64,000 nucleotides of DNA from an uncultured Desulfatitalea sp. (lineage in GTDB: Bacteria; Desulfobacterota; Desulfobacteria; Desulfobacterales; Desulfosarcinaceae), in the NCBI GenBank assembly GCA_963668675.2, contig CAXXMB010000002.1:2592001-2656000 (forward strand), in the 5' to 3' direction. The notes under the pieces are model-generated. The model did not search any database, was not told the DNA's origin, and worked only from the letters and a program-made list of their open reading frames with translations. Positions 28,805 to 37,957 of the stretch are shown one piece after another. The position numbers were made by a program, and so were the translations under genes. Numbering within the stretch: position 1 is the first letter of the stretch; the number at the start of each line of letters is the position of its first letter.

Positions 28805-31112
28805 GCGCAAACCGGCCCTGCCCGGCATTCTGTTCCTGGCCTGCTTCTGGATCATTTGCATGTCATCGATCGTTCACGCCGATACCTACGGGACCATCGG
28901 CCCTGCATCCAACGAACAGATTGTCGTCGAAAGGGTCGGCCGCCAGGACGGCTCGACAGCCTATGACACCGTCGCCGCGGGAGCGGAACTGACCTCGGAT
29001 GTCATCAGCGGCGGCGGGCCCATGTACAACGCCGCCGAGTCGGTGGGCAGTGAGGTGAAAAACAGCCTGTTCTACCTGAAAAAAAACTCCAAGAAAAATA
29101 ATGTCAGGCTACTGGAGAAGGTGGGCTTTAAAAAAGAAACAGCCAAGAACATTGCCAATAGTCCGGTTAAATCGATGAGTACGTTTGGCAAGAACCTGGA
29201 CAAGGTCACCAAATCAATGGACGTGTTGGACAAATGGGGCACAGGGTGGCAAGTTGCCGGCGCCCTGGCCGGAGACGACACAACGGGCGCCAAGGAGGCG
29301 GTCAACGACGCCATATTGTCCGGTGCATCCGTGGGTGCCGGTGCGTGGCTGGGCGCCAAAGCCGGTGCCGCATGCGGCGCTGCGGGCGGACCCGGGGGGG
29401 CGGCCCTTGGCGGCATCGTGGGCGCGGTGGGCGGCGCCATCGCGGCATCTTACGTGTACGACACCCAGGTCAAAACCCGCTTGGATAAAGGCGCCCACAA
29501 AGAGGTCGTCAAAATGCTCGAAAAAGAGGAGCAGGCTGAAAAAAAGCGGCGCCGCATCCGGGTGGACATCAGAACGGTTTACCCGAATGGGGTCATGGTC
29601 TCCCCGGAAAATCCCCTGCCGCCGATGGAAGTGATCCATCAGCAGGCCCAGGAGATCCGCGAGCAGCGCCTACAGGACAGAATCGAACAGGCCACCGCCG
29701 ACCTCCTGGACAAATGCCCCCTGAATCCCAACAAGACCAAACCGGGGCTGTGCGGCTGCGCCGTGCCGGAAACCGACAGCGACGGCGACCTGGTGCCCGA
29801 CTGCATCGACGAATGCCCCAACGACCCCAAACAGTACCAGGCAGGCCCCGACGGCTGTATCGAAAAGGTAAGGGTGCCCACCGTCCTGGGAAAACCGACG
29901 GACTGGGCGGTACGTGCCATCAAGGCGGCTGGGCTGGTCCCGGCACCGGGAGGCGGCGACCCGGCGCCGGACAAAAAGAGCGAATTTAAAATCCAGTCTC
30001 AGAATCCGGTGGGCGATGCCCTGGCCGAACCCGGATCCCCGGTGAGCATCCGCATCTACAGTGCGTATAAACCGGTCATTCCCAATGTGATCGGCCTGAG
30101 CGAAACGAAAGCGTCAGCGAAAATAACGGCCATCGGCATGAAACCGGTCATCTCCAAAAATAAGGTGGCCCCCACAGCCGAACTGAGCGGCAAGGTCTGG
30201 TCCCAGTCCGCGCCGGACGGCCTATTTATTACCCTGGACGTTTACAAGGACTTAAAAGAAGAGCGTTGCCTGGATCTGAAGCGGCGTTTTTGGGGCGCCA
30301 TGGCCGACAGTAAGCTGGCCGAGGGTAAAGAGATCATCTCCCAGGCCCGGGAGTGCGACTTCTATGAAAAGGGCCTGGCCAAATTGAAAAAAATGGAGTG
30401 CCTGGATAACGCGGTGGCCTTTCTCAATGCCATGAAAGGCAGTAATTACAGTCAGGCCCGGGCCATCCTGACCGCCAACAAGCATTGCGATTTTCACGAC
30501 GAATGGGCCCAGAAACTGACCTGCCAGGAGAATCTCGGCAAAATGATCGGCGCCCTGAAAACCAATGACCTCAACCGCTATCGCGCCCTGTTGGTAAAAA
30601 GTGAACAATGCGGTTTTTACAATCGACTGGCCGAAGCATGGAACGAGGGCCAAAAACAGGCCGCTGATCAGCGCAAGCGGAACGAGCAGTGGACCAAGAC
30701 CCTGGGCCAGTTTGTGGGCAGTGCGCTTCAGGAGATGGCTTCGGGGGCGGGATCGGGAACCACCACCCGGGGTTCGAACAGCGGCCATGCATCCACAACA
30801 CCGGTGGTCCAAGAGGGCCAGTGCAACGATGTGCGCAAGTCGGGGGCCAACCAGCCCGAGCGCCATATCATCAAGCTGGGCAGCCGCGGCAAAACCTTTG
30901 TCTTTGATTACGAGACCTACGACGAAGAGGACCGCATCATCGTCACCCAGGGCAGCCGGACCCTGTTCGACAGCGGCTGTGTGGGCACCCATGGACGCAA
31001 ATCGGTGCGGCTCAAAAAAGGATTCAGATCCAAGGTCACCGTGGACGTCCAACCCAACTGCAACGGCGGCACCAACACCCAGTGGCAGTTCACCGTGCAT
31101 TGCCCTGACTAA
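28797..31112 (+). CDS. Secreted multidomain protein: glycine zipper, thrombospondin type-3-like Ca-binding repeat, PASTA domains, Cys-containing helical repeats
   Basis: Signal peptide ending VHA, GAxxG zipper, DSDGDLVPDCIDECP, and PASTA starts VPTVLGK and IPNVIGL. RBS AAGGAGG. Confidence 0.75.
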   Translation: MNKRKPALPGILFLACFWIICMSSIVHADTYGTIGPASNEQIVVERVGRQDGSTAYDTVAAGAELTSDVISGGGPMYNAAESVGSEVKNSLFYLKKNSKKNNVRLLEKVGFKKETAKNIANSPVKSMSTFGKNLDKVTKSMDVLDKWGTGWQVAGALAGDDTTGAKEAVNDAILSGASVGAGAWLGAKAGAACGAAGGPGGAALGGIVGAVGGAIAASYVYDTQVKTRLDKGAHKEVVKMLEKEEQAEKKRRRIRVDIRTVYPNGVMVSPENPLPPMEVIHQQAQEIREQRLQDRIEQATADLLDKCPLNPNKTKPGLCGCAVPETDSDGDLVPDCIDECPNDPKQYQAGPDGCIEKVRVPTVLGKPTDWAVRAIKAAGLVPAPGGGDPAPDKKSEFKIQSQNPVGDALAEPGSPVSIRIYSAYKPVIPNVIGLSETKASAKITAIGMKPVISKNKVAPTAELSGKVWSQSAPDGLFITLDVYKDLKEERCLDLKRRFWGAMADSKLAEGKEIISQARECDFYEKGLAKLKKMECLDNAVAFLNAMKGSNYSQARAILTANKHCDFHDEWAQKLTCQENLGKMIGALKTNDLNRYRALLVKSEQCGFYNRLAEAWNEGQKQAADQRKRNEQWTKTLGQFVGSALQEMASGAGSGTTTRGSNSGHASTTPVVQEGQCNDVRKSGANQPERHIIKLGSRGKTFVFDYETYDEEDRIIVTQGSRTLFDSGCVGTHGRKSVRLKKGFRSKVTVDVQPNCNGGTNTQWQFTVHCPD

Positions 31113-31113
31113 A

Positions 31114-32379
31114 CTACTGGCGCCCCAGCCGGGCCAGGGCTTTCTTGGCGTCGTTCCGCCCCTGTTTGGCCGCCAGGCGGTACCAGTGCACGGCCACATC
31201 CAAATCCATAGGCACCCCGATGCCCTCTTCGTACTTGGTGCCCAGATAATATTGGGCTTTGGCAAACCCCTGATCCGCGGACTTGCGGTACCAGTGAACC
31301 ACCATCCCGTTGTCCCTGGGTACCCCATGGCCCTTGAGATACATGATGCCCATGTTGAACTGCGCCGCGGGATTGCCCTTGTCCGCGGCAAAGCGGTACC
31401 ATTTGAGTGCCGCGGCATAGTCCCGGGCAACCCCGGCCCCTTTTTCATAGCCCATGCCAAGCATGACGGCACAACCTGTTTTCCCCTGATCGACGGCCTT
31501 GCGGCACCAGTCAGCGGCCTGTTCATAATCCCGGGCAACCCCGGTCCCCTCTATATAATTACACGCCAGGTTGTGCTGCGCCGTGGCATTGCCCGCCTCG
31601 GCCGCCTTACGGTACCAGCGGATTCCCTCGGCATAATCAACGGCCACGCCACGGCCTTTAAAGTACATGACCCCCAACTGGTTCTGGGATTGGGGCACCC
31701 CCTGGTCCGCGGCCTTTCGATACCACGCCAGTGCCTGGCCGTAATCCTGCGCCACACCGGATCCATTGAAATAGGCGTTGGCCAGGTTGTGCTGGCTCTT
31801 CGCATATCCTTGCACAGCCGCCCGACGGTACCACTTCACCTCCTCAACGCGATCGCGGGGGACACCCAGACCCTTGTCGTACATCCCCGCAATCTTGTTC
31901 TGCGCTTTGGCATACCCCAGATCGGCCGCTTCCCGGTAGGACGCCAGGGCCCGGCCATAATCCTGGGCCACACCATTGCGTCCATGGAAATAATCCTCGC
32001 CCCGGTTGAAAGCGGTTTCAGCCGCATTGGATGCAGGGGCGGGCGCGCTGCCAGGTTGGGCGCTTTGAATGGATACCAGTTGGCCCACCTGGGGCTGCGG
32101 GGCGGTTCCCGATGGCTCGGCCTCGACCACCGCCGTACCCGTAAAGGATACATGCCATTGCCCCTCCAGCGGTACCAGTCCCAGGCCCGGCACTTTAAAA
32201 CCGATGGTCACCGGATCACCCACCCGGGGCAACAGATCGCCGTCGAGCTGTATCTGCACTGTACTGCCATTGACCGCCGTCACTTTGCCCTTCAATTCCG
32301 CGGCCCCGACCGTGTTTTGAACCGGCATACAAAACAAAAAGCCAAGCAAAAGCACCATCCATGTTCGCTTCAAAACCAT
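31114..32379 (-). CDS. Sel1-repeat (SLR) exported protein
   Basis: About eight repeats of AQ.NLG.MY..G.GV..DY..A..WYRKAA.QG, plus a signal peptide. Start uncertain. Confidence 0.92.
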   Translation of the reverse strand: MVLKRTWMVLLLGFLFCMPVQNTVGAAELKGKVTAVNGSTVQIQLDGDLLPRVGDPVTIGFKVPGLGLVPLEGQWHVSFTGTAVVEAEPSGTAPQPQVGQLVSIQSAQPGSAPAPASNAAETAFNRGEDYFHGRNGVAQDYGRALASYREAADLGYAKAQNKIAGMYDKGLGVPRDRVEEVKWYRRAAVQGYAKSQHNLANAYFNGSGVAQDYGQALAWYRKAADQGVPQSQNQLGVMYFKGRGVAVDYAEGIRWYRKAAEAGNATAQHNLACNYIEGTGVARDYEQAADWCRKAVDQGKTGCAVMLGMGYEKGAGVARDYAAALKWYRFAADKGNPAAQFNMGIMYLKGHGVPRDNGMVVHWYRKSADQGFAKAQYYLGTKYEEGIGVPMDLDVAVHWYRLAAKQGRNDAKKALARLGRQ

Positions 32380-32667
32380 AGCACCCCCTGCGTCTTTTGA
32401 GATCTCCATTGCACCGGCCACCATAATCCGGTTCATGGGATTTCACAACCCAGGAGCCTCAGAATGCTCGTATGTAGGCTATGGGGACGCCTATGTTTTG
32501 ATGATTTTCTTTGCAAGCTACGGAGCTTCTTCTCTCGAAGTAATTTGATTGCGGTGGGGTGGAAAATGACGGCGAAAGATAGAGGGTAAAGTCTGTTCTC
32601 GACTCATAGAAACGCTATATTGAGTCAAGTGCAGGCTTGCCCCCCTTTCCGTATATAGACCCTGAAA

Positions 32668-32697
32668 CAAAAAAGCCTGTCGGAAAGACAGGCTTTG
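32668..32697 (-). terminator. Rho-independent terminator after tRNA-Asp
   Basis: AAAGCCTGTC-TTTCC-GACAGGCTTT followed by a T-run on the minus strand. Confidence 0.8.
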
Positions 32698-32703
32698 GAA
32701 AAA

Positions 32704-32781
32704 TGGCGGGAGCGACGAGACTCGAACTCGCGACCTCCGGCGTGACAGGCCGGCGTTCTAACCAAACTGAACTACACCCCC
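32704..32781 (-). tRNA. tRNA-Asp (GTC)
   Basis: Cloverleaf with anticodon arm CCGGC-CT-GTC-AC-GCCGG, G73 and CCA. Confidence 0.97.
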
Positions 32782-32807
32782 GTACAAGACTTTGGTGCAT
32801 TTGGAAG

Positions 32808-32883
32808 TGGTAGGCGGAACAGGGCTTGAACCTGTGACCCTCGGCTTGTAAGGCCGATGCTCTCCCAACTGAGCTACCCGCCC
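32808..32883 (-). tRNA. tRNA-Val (TAC)
   Basis: Cloverleaf with anticodon arm TCGGC-CT-TAC-AA-GCCGA and CCA. Confidence 0.97.
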
Positions 32884-33037
32884 CCAAATGAAGCGCCATA
32901 GCTACCAGTTCGGTTGGTCAATGTCAAGCGGAATTTGATGCTCTCATTTAAAATCGACCAGCTCATAAATTACTAAAATTTATTGGACTATAGGGGATTC
33001 CGAATTGGTTATTTCGGACCTCTTGTTTCCAAACTTT

Positions 33038-33068
33038 TCTGGATGCCGGATCAAGTCCGGCATGACGC
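33038..33068. repeat. REP-like palindromic unit CTGGATGCCGGATCAAGTCCGGCATGAC
   Basis: Same unit occurs inside the elements at 42.6-42.8 kb and 56.0-56.15 kb. Confidence 0.7.
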
Positions 33069-33211
33069 TGTGGCGATTGTTGGCATATCTATTGGTCTTA
33101 TGACACAGACGTTGACCTGTTTCAGTCATAGTCCTACAATGGCGTGCTGAATTGTGGAAAGCCCAGTGAAAATTCAACATGAAATGATAACGGGAAAGGC
33201 TTGATTTATTA

Positions 33212-34492
33212 ATGATTTCATCTGTAATGATTCCGGATCGCGCCAAGCGGTGGATCGTTTTTCTGCTGGCCTGCCTGCTGTTTGTCCTTTCCCAGTTCTA
33301 TCGGGCCTCCGTGGCGGTCATTTCGCCGGATCTGATCGATGAGCTGGCGCTCGATACGGCTCAACTCAGTCTGATCTCCGCCGCGTTTTTCTATGCCTTT
33401 GCCCTGATGCAGATTCCGATCAGCATGTACCTGGACGGTATCGGGCCGCGCATCAGCATGACCGCGCTTTCCCTGGTCGCTGTGGCCGGGTCGATCGTTT
33501 TTGCGATGGGCCACTCCGCGTCGACGTTGGTGGTCGGCAGGGCGTTGATGGGGGTTGGCATGGCTTGCAACCTGATGGGGACCCTCAAGCTGATTACCCT
33601 CTGGTTCAGCCCGCGCTACTTTGCCACGCTGTCGGCGCTGGTCGTCTCCACCGGCACTATGGGCAATCTGATGGCGGCGACGCCCCTGGTGCTCCTGGCC
33701 CAGGCCATGGGATGGCGCTATTCTTTCCTGGTGATGGCGGGGGCCAATCTGGTGCTGGTGGCGCTCTTTTTTCTGATTGCCCGGGATCGACCCCAAACCC
33801 AGCTGGTGCCCGATGTACCCGAGGCGGCCTCTACCCGGCTCGCCGATATCTTCAAGAGCCTCATGCATCTGTTCAAAGAGAAGGACTACTGGATCATATC
33901 CCTGGGGACCTTTTGCCGCTACGGTATTTTCGCGGCGGTGCAGGCCCTTTGGGCCGGACCGTTTTTGATTCAGGCCCTTGGCGTGTCGCCGGTGTCGGCG
34001 GGCAATCTGCTGGTGTTGACGAGCATCGGGATCGTGGTCGGCAGCCCGATCTTCGGCTGGTTCTCCGATACGGTGTTTCGGCATCGTAAAGGGGTGGTGA
34101 TCAGCAGTTTGATGGGCATGGCGGTCATACTGATGATATTGACCCGGCTCTCTGCGGGTACGGGCATGGCGGTGTTGAGTGTGCTCTTCTTCTCTTTCGG
34201 ATTCTTCGGCAGTGCCGGCGGGATCATGTATGCCCATATCAAGGAGCGGATGCCGGCTGAGCGGGCAGGCGCGGCCATGACCGGCATCAATTTTTTCACC
34301 ATGATCGGCGTTGCCGTTTTCCTTCAGGGACTGGGCAACATGATGAAGTACCTGCATCCCGATGACTCCATGGGGAGTGCGGCCTTTATCGATGGGTTCG
34401 GCTTCTGCGCCCTCTGCCTGGTGATTACGACGGTGTTGTATCTTTTTACCGTGGAGACCCTGGGTAAGGGGAGAGATGCCCGGAAGCGCTAA
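33212..34492 (+). CDS. MFS transporter
   Basis: Twelve TM pattern, D.IGPR motif A and ITLWFSPRYFATL. Confidence 0.9.
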   Translation: MISSVMIPDRAKRWIVFLLACLLFVLSQFYRASVAVISPDLIDELALDTAQLSLISAAFFYAFALMQIPISMYLDGIGPRISMTALSLVAVAGSIVFAMGHSASTLVVGRALMGVGMACNLMGTLKLITLWFSPRYFATLSALVVSTGTMGNLMAATPLVLLAQAMGWRYSFLVMAGANLVLVALFFLIARDRPQTQLVPDVPEAASTRLADIFKSLMHLFKEKDYWIISLGTFCRYGIFAAVQALWAGPFLIQALGVSPVSAGNLLVLTSIGIVVGSPIFGWFSDTVFRHRKGVVISSLMGMAVILMILTRLSAGTGMAVLSVLFFSFGFFGSAGGIMYAHIKERMPAERAGAAMTGINFFTMIGVAVFLQGLGNMMKYLHPDDSMGSAAFIDGFGFCALCLVITTVLYLFTVETLGKGRDARKR

Positions 34493-35772
34493 GCGGGTGA
34501 GGTCAAGCGCCTGCCGCTTCTTTTTTTCAGGGTGAAGATCCCTGCAGCGTCCCGGCGATTTTTTCCGCGCCCCACCGGCTTGCCGGGTTGTCTTCCAGCA
34601 TTGCGATTAACTTTTACGCCGCCACCGGCCTGGGTTCTGGCCTGGAGCGGCTTGTTGTAATTAAAATCGGACAAGGTGCGTCGCTCCACAGGAAGTCCGA
34701 TGATCCGGTGGATCTCTTTTACCATCTGCCGGTCGTCATCAGTGATCAGGGTGAAGGCTTCCCCGCTGCGTTCGGCCCGGCCGGTTCTTCCGATGCGATG
34801 GATGTAAATTTCAGGTGTGGAGGGCATGTCGTAGTTGATGACATGGGAGACATTGGTGACGTCGATGCCGCGTGCTGCGATGTCGGTGGCCACCAGCACC
34901 TGATATTTGCCTGTTTTGAAGCCGTTCATGGCGTCCTGGCGTTTCGATTGAGAGAGGTTGCCCTGCAGGGACGCCGCGCGAAAACCAGCCTTGGCCAATT
35001 TCCCGGACAACTGCTTGGCTTTGTGTTTGGTGCGTGTGAACACCAGAACCGATTCGGAGCTGGTATCGCCAAGCAACTTGAGCAGCAGCGTCGTTTTCAA
35101 GTGCTGCGCGACAGGAAAAAAGGCGTGGCTGATCGTTTCCACCGGTGCATCATGCCCTGCCTCTACGCGGATGTGATTTTTCAGGATCTCCTTGGCCAGT
35201 CGGCCGATGGCCGTGGGCATGGTGGCTGAAAAGAGCAGTGTCTGTCGATCCGATTGCGGCAGATGGGTAATGATGCGGCGGATATCGGGCAGAAAGCCCA
35301 TATCGAACATCTGGTCGGCTTCATCGAGGACCAGCACGTCAACCTGGGAGAGGTTGACGGTGTGCCGACCGATGTGGTCGAGGAGGCGTCCGGGGCAGGC
35401 GACCACAATGTGGGCGTGTTTCAGCGCCGTGATCTGTGGTTGGATGCCGACGCCGCCATAAATGGACGCGCTTCTGATGCCCGTGTTGCGGCCCAGGGTT
35501 TCGATGGTTTGATGAATCTGCTCGGCCAACTCCCGCGTGGGGGCAATGACGAGTGCACGAACGCCTTTCTGCGGTTTTTGCAATAGCCGGTGCAAGATCG
35601 GCAGTACAAAGACGGCGGTCTTACCGGTGCCTGTCTGGGCCAGTCCCATCAGGTCATGACCTTGCATGACTTTGGGGATGGCTTGGGCTTGAATAGGGGT
35701 TGGTTTGGTGTATCCGGCGGCTGAAATACCTGCCGCCAATTTGGAGTGGAGAGAAAATGTTTCGAAGTTCAA
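34489..35772 (-). CDS. DEAD-box RNA helicase (RhlE-like)
   Basis: Q motif, AQTGTGKT, PTRELA, DEAD, SAT, ARGID and HRIGRTGR. Confidence 0.96.
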   Translation of the reverse strand: MNFETFSLHSKLAAGISAAGYTKPTPIQAQAIPKVMQGHDLMGLAQTGTGKTAVFVLPILHRLLQKPQKGVRALVIAPTRELAEQIHQTIETLGRNTGIRSASIYGGVGIQPQITALKHAHIVVACPGRLLDHIGRHTVNLSQVDVLVLDEADQMFDMGFLPDIRRIITHLPQSDRQTLLFSATMPTAIGRLAKEILKNHIRVEAGHDAPVETISHAFFPVAQHLKTTLLLKLLGDTSSESVLVFTRTKHKAKQLSGKLAKAGFRAASLQGNLSQSKRQDAMNGFKTGKYQVLVATDIAARGIDVTNVSHVINYDMPSTPEIYIHRIGRTGRAERSGEAFTLITDDDRQMVKEIHRIIGLPVERRTLSDFNYNKPLQARTQAGGGVKVNRNAGRQPGKPVGRGKNRRDAAGIFTLKKRSGRRLTSPA

Positions 35773-35825
35773 ATGATGAGGTTCCTTATCTTGATTTTAA
35801 TTGTGGTTTTTTAAAGGTGTTTGCT

Positions 35826-36113
35826 TCAGAAGTCGCCTCTTCTTCGACGCGACTTCTTCTTGCGTTTCTTTCCACCCGGGTCTGCGGGTCTGACGATAAT
35901 GTTGCTGCCATCGATGCGGTTGCCGTTCAATGCTTTGATGGCTTGGTCCGCCTCAGAGTTGCTGGGCATTTCGACAAATCCGAAACCCTTCCCTCTTCCG
36001 GAGAATCTGTTTTGGATGACTTTGGGGTTTTCGATCTTTCCAAATTCTACAAACAGAGACTTCAGCTTGTCTATCGTCATGCTGTCCGGCAAATTTCCAA
36101 TGTAGATGTTCAT
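35826..36113 (-). CDS. RRM RNA-binding protein
   Basis: MNIYIGNL (RNP2), KGFGFVEM (RNP1) and a basic tail. Confidence 0.92.
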   Translation of the reverse strand: MNIYIGNLPDSMTIDKLKSLFVEFGKIENPKVIQNRFSGRGKGFGFVEMPSNSEADQAIKALNGNRIDGSNIIVRPADPGGKKRKKKSRRRRGDF

Positions 36114-36308
36114 GCAAAGATACCTTTCGCGCTTTACTGTATCGCAGATCATTCGAGGGGAAAGCAGAAAGTACCCGCTATCGATGGGCATATTGCGATT
36201 CACGCACTAGTAGACGAGCACCAGGTGAACGGCGCGGTGCCCGATGTAGCATCCAGAGGACGAGCGCAGACGTTTGACCCTTTTTCCCGGGGATCATCCT
36301 AAAATGGT

Positions 36309-36343
36309 AAGGGGCACTCCTAATCATCAAGGTGTGCCCCTTA
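36309..36343 (-). terminator. Hairpin after the cold-shock gene
   Basis: AAGGGGCAC / GTGCCCCTT stem. Confidence 0.6.
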
Positions 36344-36360
36344 TCTTTAGGTCTCGAAAT

Positions 36361-36561
36361 TTAGCTTACAGTGACATTTAGAGCAGAGGGACCTTTTTGA
36401 CCTTGCTCGATGTCAAAGGAAACGCGGTCGCCTTCATTGAGGCTTTTAAAACCGCTTGCGTTGATTGCTGAGTGATGAACGAATACATCCGGGCCGTCCT
36501 CTTGCTCGATGAAGCCGAACCCTTTTTGGTCGTTAAACCACTTAACTGTTCCGTTAGCCAT
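36361..36561 (-). CDS. Cold-shock protein
   Basis: [22 protein letters not shown]; 66 aa; RBS AGGAGG. Confidence 0.97.
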   Translation of the reverse strand: MANGTVKWFNDQKGFGFIEQEDGPDVFVHHSAINASGFKSLNEGDRVSFDIEQGQKGPSALNVTVS

Positions 36562-36938
36562 GTTGACATCCTCCTTTCTATAAGATGCTCAAGATTTTAA
36601 ACTGGAGGATGTAACAAACTGAATTGATTTGTTCCTTCAGAAAAAAACCGCCCTGCAAATCGAAGGCAGGGCCTTGTTGAATAAGCGAATAATAACATCT
36701 TTTCTTACAAAAGCAAGCTATTTGACCAAAGCGATTCAAATGTTTCATTTTGTACACCTGAAGGGATATCCCGGGTTTAACACGTTGAGGTGGTAACGCT
36801 GCCTGCCGTTTTCGCTCAAGTCGATATTTTGTTCGGTATTACCAAACGATCTTCCAAATTGTAAAACAGATATTGACCCTGTGATTGCGCGGTTTTAATA
36901 TGCGCGGTCACATCAACTTTCAGCGGGAGGGCAAGGAG

Positions 36939-37832
36939 ATGAGTGAAGTCACAGATCTGTTGGGAAGTCGATATCCAATCATTCAGGGGCCGATCGGAGA
37001 ACTCAACGATCCAAAACTGGTGGCGGCGGTTTCCGAAGCCGGTGCGTTTGGGATGCTGGCACTGGGGTTTGTGAGCGACCTGGAGAGGGTCAGGCAGATG
37101 GTTGCAGAGGTGCAGTCGCTGACCGATCAGCCGTTCGGGGCCAATCTGATGATTGCCATGAATCCCAACAACGAGGCGATCCTTGAAATTCTGGCCGAAG
37201 CGGGTGTCAAGACGGTCACCACCTCGGCCGGTTCGCCCAAGCGGATCTACCCCAAGATCAAGGAGCTTGGGTTGAAAGGTTTGCACGTCGCCCTGGCCGC
37301 TCCGATGGCGGTAAAAGCGGCTGATGCCGGCGTGGATGGCGTGGTGGTTTCGGGAACAGAATCGGGCGGGCTGAGGACCACCGGACCGGAGTCCACCAAT
37401 ATGATTCTTGTTCCGCTGGTGTGTGACCAGGTCAAGGTGCCGGTGGTGGCGGCCGGCGGTATCGCTGACCGTCGGGGCTACCGGGCGGCTTTGGCGCTGG
37501 GCGCCCAGGGCGTTCAGATCGGCACGGCCTTTCTGGCCGCAGAAGAGAGCCCGGCCCCCAACGCCTGGAAGGAGGCCATCGTGCAGTGCGCCGATGCCGG
37601 TACAACCTTGCTGCCGCTAGGCAATATGGCCATGCGGACCGTTATCAATCCCAAGATGGCTGGGTTGATAGCCAGCGGCGCCGATTTGAGCAAGGCCTAT
37701 AATATGGGTGACGCCGGCACTGCCTGGCGCAGCGGCGATTTCGATCTGTTTCCGGCCGGTGCCGGCCAGATCAGCGCATTGATCCATGAGATACGGCCGG
37801 TTAAAGCGATCATTCAAGAGATGGTTTCTTAG
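36939..37832 (+). CDS. Nitronate monooxygenase / FabK-like flavin oxidoreductase
   Basis: YPIIQG, SGTESGG, AAGGIAD, GVQIGTAFL and AGQ motifs. RBS AAGGAG. Confidence 0.88.
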   Translation: MSEVTDLLGSRYPIIQGPIGELNDPKLVAAVSEAGAFGMLALGFVSDLERVRQMVAEVQSLTDQPFGANLMIAMNPNNEAILEILAEAGVKTVTTSAGSPKRIYPKIKELGLKGLHVALAAPMAVKAADAGVDGVVVSGTESGGLRTTGPESTNMILVPLVCDQVKVPVVAAGGIADRRGYRAALALGAQGVQIGTAFLAAEESPAPNAWKEAIVQCADAGTTLLPLGNMAMRTVINPKMAGLIASGADLSKAYNMGDAGTAWRSGDFDLFPAGAGQISALIHEIRPVKAIIQEMVS

Positions 37833-37957
37833 CGCTCCTTTGGGAAGAGAAGTAAGAAAGCAGAAAAGCATGAAGGTATGAAAGAGAAGGTATTCTGTCG
37901 ATTTGATGGTGGTTGCCTATGGGGGCAATCGTTCAATGACGTAGGAAAGGGGGGCTT

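Noticed and set aside
31114..32000. Regularly spaced DNA repeats as a possible CRISPR array
   Set aside because: They are degenerate 108-bp coding repeats (Sel1). No identical repeat-spacer array or cas gene is visible in the window.
30601..32400. 599-aa plus-strand ORF with repetitive sequence
   Set aside because: Antisense shadow of the GC-rich Sel1 repeat gene; its repeats mirror the Sel1 repeats.
32615..32899. 94-aa ORF here, and ORFs over 14113-14745 and 15054-15269
   Set aside because: They overlap tRNA genes or the amidase gene and are spurious.
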